In this document: positions 58,101-64,000 of the stretch, in pieces
Position numbering within the stretch: the stretch's first letter is position 1
Layout of the letters: each line of letters starts with the position of its first letter
Assembly: GCA_963702995.1 (NCBI GenBank)
Contig: OY969783.1
Location: forward strand, 4,457,122-4,521,121
Length of the DNA: 64,000 nucleotides
Direction: 5' to 3'
From: Tepidisphaeraceae bacterium
Lineage (GTDB): Bacteria; Planctomycetota; Phycisphaerae; Tepidisphaerales; Tepidisphaeraceae
Translations under genes and position numbers: made by a program
Notes under the pieces: generated by a model
What the model was told of the DNA's origin: nothing
The model's database searches: none
The model's input: only the letters and a program-made list of their open reading frames with translations

Positions 58101-60387
58101 CGGTAACGCGGCGAGCGCCACGTTCACCGACGACACGATCAGCAACAACACCATGACCGGCGCCGGGACGGCCGGCGTGAACCTCGTTGTCGGCGACGCC
58201 AGCACGGTCACCGCCGCCCTCAACGGCACCATCGTTTCGGGGAACACGGCAAGCGGAGCGGAGGCCGATCTCTCCGGCACGTTCAATACCGCCAGCGGCC
58301 ACAACCTGATTGGCACCGGTGGGAATCTGACCAACGGCGTGAATGGCAACATCGTCGGCGTGAACAACCCCCTGCTCGCGCCGCTGGCGAATTACGGCGG
58401 CGCGACGCACACCCAGGCGCTGCTGCCCGGCAGCCCGGCCTTGGACGCCGGCGCCGCGTTCAACGATGCCGGCGGAAGGCCCATCACCGCCGACCAGCGC
58501 GGTGTCGGGCGGCCGCAGGGCGCTGCGCCCGACATCGGCGCGTTCGAGAGCCAGGGGTTTGTCGTCACCACCACCAATGGCGGCGGCACGCAGAGCACGA
58601 CCCTCAACACCGCCTTCGCCAAGCCACTCTCGGTGAGCGTCAGCTCCAACGACTCGGGGCTGACTGACCTTACCGGCGGCGTGATCGCCTACACCGTCAA
58701 CCCGGTGAGCGGCGCCGCGGCGACGCTTTCCAGCCCCACCGCGACGATCGCCGCCAACGGCTCGGCCAGCGTGACGGCGACGGCCAACGGCACGGCCGGC
58801 AGCTACACCGTGACCGCCACGGCGGGCGTGGCGGCCGGGACATCGGCCACGTTCAACCTGACCAATTCGGACGTCATCACCGGCTCGGCCGAGCCGACGC
58901 CGATCGCCGCCATCGAAGGCCAGGCGTTCACCAACAGCGAGGTCGCGACGTTCACCGGCCAGGGCACGCTGGCGAGCTACTCGGCCACCATCACGTGGGG
59001 GGACGGCACCACGCCCTCCGCCGGGACCGTGACCGGCGGCAACGGCAGTTTCCGCGTGCTGGGCAGCCACACCTACGCCGAGGAAGGGGCCTACAACGTG
59101 TCGGTCGCCATCGCCGGCGGCAACGGCGCGACCGGCAGCGCGACCAGCTCGGCGAACGTCGCCGACGCCCCCATCAGCGGCACGGCTTCCACGACGGCCA
59201 CGGCGACCGAAGCGGCCAACAGTGCGGTGACGCTCGGTTCGGTCACCGATCCGGCCGGGGATGAGCCGGCGGCCGACTACACCGTCGCCATCAACTGGGG
59301 CGACGGCGCCAGCTCGGGCGGCACCCTCGTCCCCACCAGCGCCACCACGTTCGACGTCACCGGCAGCCACACGTACGCCAGACAGGGCGCTTACACCGCC
59401 AGCTACTTCGTGCGGGACGACGGGGGCCAGTCAACGCCGTTCATCAACGTCAACGTGGCCGTCGCCGACGCCCCGATCACCGCCACGGGTAAGACCTTCG
59501 CCGGGACGGCCGGCGTGAATACCGGCACGGTCAAACTGGCGAACTTCACCGACGCCAACCCGGCGGCCACGCTCGGCGAGTTCTCGGCGACGATCAACTG
59601 GGGCGACGGCACGCCGCCCGTCGCCGGCACGGTCAGCGTGGACACGACCGGCGGGTACAAGGTCACCGGAAGCCACACCTACGCCGTTGTCGGCACCTAC
59701 TACCCGAAGGTGACGATCAACGACACCGGCGGCGCGACGGCGATGGCCACCGCGACCGGCGTGATCAGCGGCAAGCTGACGGCCAAGGCGGTGGCGTTCA
59801 GCGTGGTCGAAGGGGAGCCGTTCGGCACCAAGGCGGTCGCCGACTTCAGCAACGGCAACCCGGCGGCCGCCGCCGGCAACTTCTCGGCGACGATCACCTG
59901 GGGCGACGGCTCCACGTCGGCCGGAACAATCGTCTCCGACGGCATGGGCGGGTTCTTCGTGAAGGGGTCGCACACCTATCCCGACGAGGGGCCGTTCGCG
60001 GTGAAGGTTGCGATCAACGACAACACCAACGGCGCCTCGGCCAGCGCCAGCCAGACCGTGACCCCCGCCGACGCCCCGCTGGCCGGGACAGGCATGATGA
60101 TGAGCGCGAAGGTGAACCAGAGCTTCGACCTGCCGATCGCGACGTTCGTAGACGCCGACCAGGTCAACAGCAACCCGCGGATCTACAACATCACCGTGAA
60201 CTGGGGCGACGGCTCGGCGATCGCGATGGGGCGGGCCGTCTTCGTGAGCCCGACGCACTGGCAGGTCACGGCGACGCACATCTTCAAGGCCAGGAGCCCG
60301 GCCGCGGGCTATAAGGTGGTGATCGTGGTGAAGGACCTGGGCGGGGCGATGCCGATCACCATCAACAGCGTGGTGAAGGTGTCGTGA
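55174..60387 (+). CDS. giant (1737 aa) secreted adhesin-like protein: LExRxLL N-terminal motif, Gly-rich segment, two beta-helix modules each ending in a choice-of-anchor-Q-like block, two BIG_1 Ig-like domains, six PKD domains
   Basis: GGAG SD 8 nt before ATG 55174. EALEARRLLT at residues 36-45. Gly-rich block (GGGGGGFFGNGG...). NPLLAPLGNYGG(V/A)TQTLALLPGSPA(I/L)D...DQRGV(T/G)RPQGAAPD(L/I)GA(Y/F)ES twice. GDNQSTPINTAFASPLAVTV Ig-like twice. WGDG...GSHTYA PKD signature six times. Confidence 0.8.
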   Translation: MGLRSSRHTAAASRRLSSGLIRTARRQLGRAAGAAVEALEARRLLTTFNAATSTQLINAINTANATAGADTIALFNTTYTFSTPDNYWYGPDALPAITSDITIQGNGATIARSSAAGTPAFRLFYVAAGTAAASPTLSAGTLTLQNLTLTGGLAQGGAGGSGAGGGAGLGGAIFNQGALSLNGVTVTANTAQGGAGAANPSHDPGGGGGLGGTGGTGSNGGGGGGGFFGNGGNGANGGGGGGGYFGNGGGGRNGGGGGGGESGNGSVGGNDGGAGGTPNFGTAGSEGNNGPGGPGGPGGDGGGGGGGGVGFNVNPFIDESGGMGGLGGIFGGGGGAGSSSGNAHADGGGGGFGGGGGGGGSSGSGNAGGNGGVGGGGGGSYFYEGTGGAGGFGGGGGSGGDVTLGSGGVGGFGGGGGGGTSAGAGGFGGGSGAGLQGGGGAGLGGGIFSDGGTVNIANSTFANDTAAGGTGANGGSGFGGAVFNYNARVTLTDSTLASNTVTAGAGGSTASAGGGGFYNYSDGDIGNEAFVNLSGVILARTTGGDSDFAQSSAGNGLVADGSLGANQNIVQNNAGFVLPVRSVNPLLAPLGNYGGVTQTLALLPGSPAIDTGNVYFGITTDQRGVTRPQGAAPDLGAYESKGFTVSVSSGDNQSTPINTAFASPLAVTVTANDAGAPVKGGVITYTGPTSGAGATLSSSTATVAADGSASVTATANGTQGSYTVTAAAAGAASAATFHLTNTKPTEAPSLVVTTASDVVDNTDGLTSLREAINYANTFTTPATITFDPTVFPANTLTAITLGGTELPLTDTKAKVTISGLGAGRIAVTGNNASRVFNVSAQVAAEIDGLTITGGNGLSGSFGGGVSSNGDLTLQNDVITGNTGGTGGGIGVAFGALTVVNSTVSGNSAGEAAGIYSLGGTVRISNSTVSGNAATNTSGIRLDAGYSNASLTLINSTVSGNTASGSTDSAIRVGAYNGNAASATFTDDTISNNTMTGAGTAGVNLVVGDASTVTAALNGTIVSGNTASGAEADLSGTFNTASGHNLIGTGGNLTNGVNGNIVGVNNPLLAPLANYGGATHTQALLPGSPALDAGAAFNDAGGRPITADQRGVGRPQGAAPDIGAFESQGFVVTTTNGGGTQSTTLNTAFAKPLSVSVSSNDSGLTDLTGGVIAYTVNPVSGAAATLSSPTATIAANGSASVTATANGTAGSYTVTATAGVAAGTSATFNLTNSDVITGSAEPTPIAAIEGQAFTNSEVATFTGQGTLASYSATITWGDGTTPSAGTVTGGNGSFRVLGSHTYAEEGAYNVSVAIAGGNGATGSATSSANVADAPISGTASTTATATEAANSAVTLGSVTDPAGDEPAADYTVAINWGDGASSGGTLVPTSATTFDVTGSHTYARQGAYTASYFVRDDGGQSTPFINVNVAVADAPITATGKTFAGTAGVNTGTVKLANFTDANPAATLGEFSATINWGDGTPPVAGTVSVDTTGGYKVTGSHTYAVVGTYYPKVTINDTGGATAMATATGVISGKLTAKAVAFSVVEGEPFGTKAVADFSNGNPAAAAGNFSATITWGDGSTSAGTIVSDGMGGFFVKGSHTYPDEGPFAVKVAINDNTNGASASASQTVTPADAPLAGTGMMMSAKVNQSFDLPIATFVDADQVNSNPRIYNITVNWGDGSAIAMGRAVFVSPTHWQVTATHIFKARSPAAGYKVVIVVKDLGGAMPITINSVVKVS

Positions 60388-61076
60388 GTGCGCGGCTCGG
60401 AGGTGACCAACAGGGTCGGGTGAGTTTCCCGGCGCCGTCGTTCACCTAGATCAAAGCGGCCGAGATAAGTCAGCAGCCTCAGCGGACAGTTTCTCTACGT
60501 TTTGGGCGTATACCCGTGGATCAGCTCGCATTCGAATCTCGGCCTTGCGGATCTAGAGTCGTCAGGATTCTGAATCCTGTGCGACGCTCCTCGCCAAGAG
60601 CGACAAAGAGCCCGTTGAGCTCGGTTTGCGGCTGCTGTGTCCCCTTTCGGGGGCGGAGCGGGCCCGATAACGGGACGCTGCGAATAATTGGCTCATCATT
60701 CCTCTGCCGTCAGGATGCTGCTACAATCCTCACCCCGCAACGACCACTTTTCCGATGAGGTTGAGGTCTTTTGCGGTGCGTTCGCTTTTTCTGCATCGGC
60801 CTCGCCGGCCCCGCAAATCCCGGCGTGGGCGGAGATCCGCCCGTTTAGGCCAAGAGTCCCCTCACGGGGCGGTTTCAACAGCGTCTCCTGCGGCCACCAT
60901 GGCGCGGACGGGTTGGCCCTTACGGGCTGGCACGAGTCTGCCCCGGCTGTAAGCCACGCTGGGAGCTGAGAGCGAAATCACGACAGTTCCCGAATCGGCC
61001 CCGGAGTTTCTCCGCGGGCGATTTGTCGGTGTCGTCGATTTCGTAGACAGGCTCCGCCGCTCGAAGGATCGACTGT

Positions 61077-64000
61077 ATGGGAATCGACCCGCGTTTTCTC
61101 GCGTCGTCCGGGCGCGAAGTGTTCACCGGCAATGAACTTCTGATCAAAGGCGCCCTGGAGACGGAAGGGGGCGTCCACCTCCTCACCGGCTACCCGGGCT
61201 CGCCTGTCGCAGGCTTTTTTGACTGCCTGGGAGATATCCGCGACCTTCTCGTCAAGAACGGTGTTCGTGCGTTCCAGGCCAACAATGAGGCGCTGGGCGC
61301 CGCGGCGATGAACGGCTCGCAGATGGTGGCCTGTCGCGCCATTTGCACGATGAAATCGGTCGGCGTCCACGTGGCGGCCGACGCCTTGGCGATCGGCAAC
61401 CTCTCCGGCGCCCACCCCGACGGTGGCGCCATCCTCATCAGCGGCGAAGACCCCTGGTGCGATAGCACGCAGGTGCCCGCCGACAGCCGCTTCATCTTCG
61501 AGCACCTCCGCATGCCCGTGGTCGAGCCGGGCGATATCCAGCAAGTCAAAGACTGGATCAACCTCAGCTTCAAGCTTAGCCAAGCGTCGGGGCTGTACAT
61601 CGGCTACATCGTGACGACCGCCCATGCCGACGGCGGCGGGTCCGTGGAGTGCCGGCCGAACCAGTTCCCCGAGCTGAACACGAATCAGAAGACGACGCTC
61701 GACACCGCGCAGATCGACCTCGGCCGCGTGCTCCTGCCCCCGCGGACGTGGCAGCGCGAGCTGGGCATTGATGAGCGATTCGCCCGCATCATGAAGCGGG
61801 CCCGCGAGCTGGGCATCAATCGCATTCTGCCCGCGACGCGCGGCGGGTCGGCCGTGCCTGATGCGGCCCCCGCGCCGCTCGGCTTCATCGTGACCGGCAT
61901 GGCCGGGCCGTACCTTCAGCATGTGCTGTCGGACATCGGGCTGGCGGGGCACTTTCCGATCCTGCGGATGGGGTTGAGCTACCCGGCCGACGTGAAGCTG
62001 GTCGCGGAGTTCTCGGCGCTGTGCCGGTCGATGATCGTCATCGAAGAGCGTCGCAGCTTCCTCGAGAAGAACATTCGGGACGCTTCGTTCCGCTACCTGT
62101 CGCACGAAGTCGCGTCCGACGTGGCGAGCCGCCTCTTCGGCAAGCAGTTCCCGCGACGGGCCAATGCCGCGGCGGGCGTGCCGGTCGTCGCGGCGTCCGA
62201 AAGCCGCGTCGGCGCGGATCAAAATCTCGTCGATGGCATCCCCGATACGCGCGGCCTGAACACCTCCGTGCTGGCGCAGAAGCTGATCCCGCTGATCAAG
62301 GCGACGGAAGAGATCCCCGCGGAGCTGCGCAACGGCCGCCTGACGGCCGAGCTGGACCGGCTCCGCAAGGCGAGCAAGCCGCAGCTCAAGGTGCTGGCGG
62401 CGACAGGGGAGAAGATCGTCGCCCGCACGCCAACGTTCTGCCCCGGGTGCCCGCATCGCGATTCGTCGTCCACGCTGCTGGAGCTTCGGAAGAACTTCGC
62501 CGATCCGGAGTACATGAAGCGGCATCACGGCCGCGGCCCGGTGGACATGGTCGCCCACGGCGACACCGGCTGCTACACGATGCTGATGTTCGCGCCGACC
62601 GAACAGCTCATGCACAACTACAGCGGCATGGGGCTGGGCGCCGGTACCGGCAGCGGGATCGACCCGTTCATCACGAACAAGCAGATCGTCTTCATGGGGG
62701 ATGGCACGTTCTTCCATTCCGGGCGCTGGCCATCTCCAACGCGATCAAGGCGGGGCAGGACCTGACGTTCATCATCCTGGAGAACGGCACCACCGCCATG
62801 ACCGGCCACCAGGAGCACGCCGGCACCGAGATCGACGTGCTGGGCAATCGCTCCTATATCCAGAATATTGAAGACGTCGTCCGCGGGATGACCGGCAGCA
62901 GCCCGCTTACGGTGGTGAAGCTGTCGCCGGAGGACCGCGTCGCCTACCGCAACGTGCTGGAGAAGACGATCCTGGCCGACGGGGTGAAGGTGGTGATCGC
63001 CGACAAGGAGTGCGGCATCACCCACCAGCGCACGGTGCTGAAGGAAGAGCGCAAGACGATCAAGAAGCATGGCTATCTCCCGACCAAGACGCACATGAAC
63101 GTCACGCCGGAGGTGTGCGAGAATTGCCTCGAATGCACCAAGGCGACGGCCTGCCCCGGGCTCACGACGATCGACACGGACTACGGCCGCAAGATCGACA
63201 CCGACCTGACCTGGTGTGTGAACGACGGCGCTTGCGAACGCGTCCGCGTCAGCAACGACGTCGCGACGGCCGTCAAGCCCTGCCCGAGCTTCGAGCAGGT
63301 GACGATCGTTCGGCGGTCCCGCAAGCGCTACACGCTCCCGCATATGGGCCTGGACAAGCTCCCCGAGCCGACGCCGGTCCATCGCCTGGATCGGGTGGGC
63401 GACGCGTGGCGGGCGCATCTGTCGGGCGTCGGCGGGATGGGCATCGGCGTGGTGAACGCGATCCTCGTCCGGGCGGGGCACAAGGAGGGGTATCGCGTCC
63501 TCTTCCAGGACAAGAAGGGCCTGGCCATCCGCAACGGCGGTGTTTACAGCCAGATCTCCTTCGTCCGCGATCGCGAGCCGGGTGACGCCGTCGAAGGCGA
63601 CGCGCCCGCGCCCGAGGGGCAGACGACCGGCAATATCCCCTACGGCAAGTGCGACCTGCTGCTCGGCATCGACATCCTCGAGGCCGCCCGCGCCATCGAC
63701 CCGCGCGAGCAGTTCCGGGTCGCCTCGACGGAGCGGACGTGCGCGGTGCTCAATACCTACCGGCAGCCGACGGTGTACGGCCTGCTCGGCCGCGAAGACT
63801 TCGACCCCGAGGCGCTGCGGCAGCAGATCATCGAGCACTGCCGGCCGGACCACAGCTTTGCGAAGAACCTTAGCGAACTGTGCGAGCAGCGGCTGGGCTC
63901 CAAGCTTTACGCGAACATCATGATGCTGGGCCTGGCTTACCAGTTGGGCGTGATCCCGGTTTCGGCCCACAGCATCGCCTGGGCGATCAAGGACACGATC
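61077..64000 (+). CDS. indolepyruvate/2-oxoacid:ferredoxin oxidoreductase family protein (fused IorA-like, TPP-dependent); frameshifted at about 62721-62727; 3' end beyond window
   Basis: N-terminal FTGNELLIKGALETEGGVHLLTGYPGSPVAGFFD; TPP motif GDGTFFHSG. Then QLAISNAIKAGQDLTFIILENGTTAMTGHQEH...CENCLECTKATACPG...(4Fe-4S)...GVGGMGIG continues in the -1 frame with no stop before 64000. Confidence 0.85.

Noticed and set aside
55330-59370. 1346-aa ORF on the minus strand
   Set aside because: Antisense to the giant adhesin gene. Pro/Ala/Gly-rich low-complexity translation typical of the reverse strand of GC-rich coding DNA; no motifs.
60500-60560. T-loop-like string cattcgaatctcgg suggesting a tRNA
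   Set aside because: No acceptor or anticodon stem can be built around it; no tRNA gene was found anywhere in the window.
60940-60990. CACGACAG followed by cccgaatcgg, reminiscent of RNase P RNA P4 (CACGACAGAACCCGGCUUAUCGG)
   Set aside because: Other universal RNase P motifs (GGAAAGUCCGG, AGGGCAGG, GGCUUA) are absent from the surrounding 700 nt.
60978-62717. 579-aa minus-strand ORF
   Set aside because: Antisense to the IOR-family gene, which has unambiguous TPP and N-terminal motifs.
62618-63970. 450-aa minus-strand ORF
   Set aside because: Antisense to the second (frame-shifted) part of the IOR-family gene.

Overview
This is a 64 kb high-GC chromosomal segment, probably from a Planctomycetota-like genome. 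The assignment is an inference from long intergenic spacers, a giant secreted beta-helix/PKD protein carrying an N-terminal LEARRLL motif, a CrtI homologue, scattered Flp/CpaF/PilZ genes and many REP-like palindromes. About 45 protein genes are present and most are housekeeping: glycine cleavage gcvP/gcvH/gcvT, nadD, waaA, rarA, rsmG, prmC, sthA, sodC, csrA and an IOR-family oxidoreductase. Signalling genes include a hybrid histidine kinase, an HD-GYP response regulator, a receiver fused to an RsbW-like kinase, a GAF-PP2C phosphatase and a PilZ protein. Three regions look accessory: (1) a low-GC two-gene islet (37.5-39.6 kb) encoding an AAA ATPase plus an RloB-like protein, AbiL/RloAB-like, a candidate anti-phage module; (2) a disrupted Rpn/YhgA-family nuclease; (3) a 1737-aa adhesin-like giant gene. 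Two further features stand out. First, four copies of a heptamer-based palindromic element (GAAKGNT)n...(ANCMTTC)n sit between gene 3' ends, alongside several other REP-like families. Second, at least 13 conserved genes are interrupted by single-nucleotide frame shifts, mostly at G/C homopolymers. That density is most consistent with assembly indel errors, so the apparent pseudogenes should not be over-interpreted. No tRNA, rRNA or CRISPR array was recognised.
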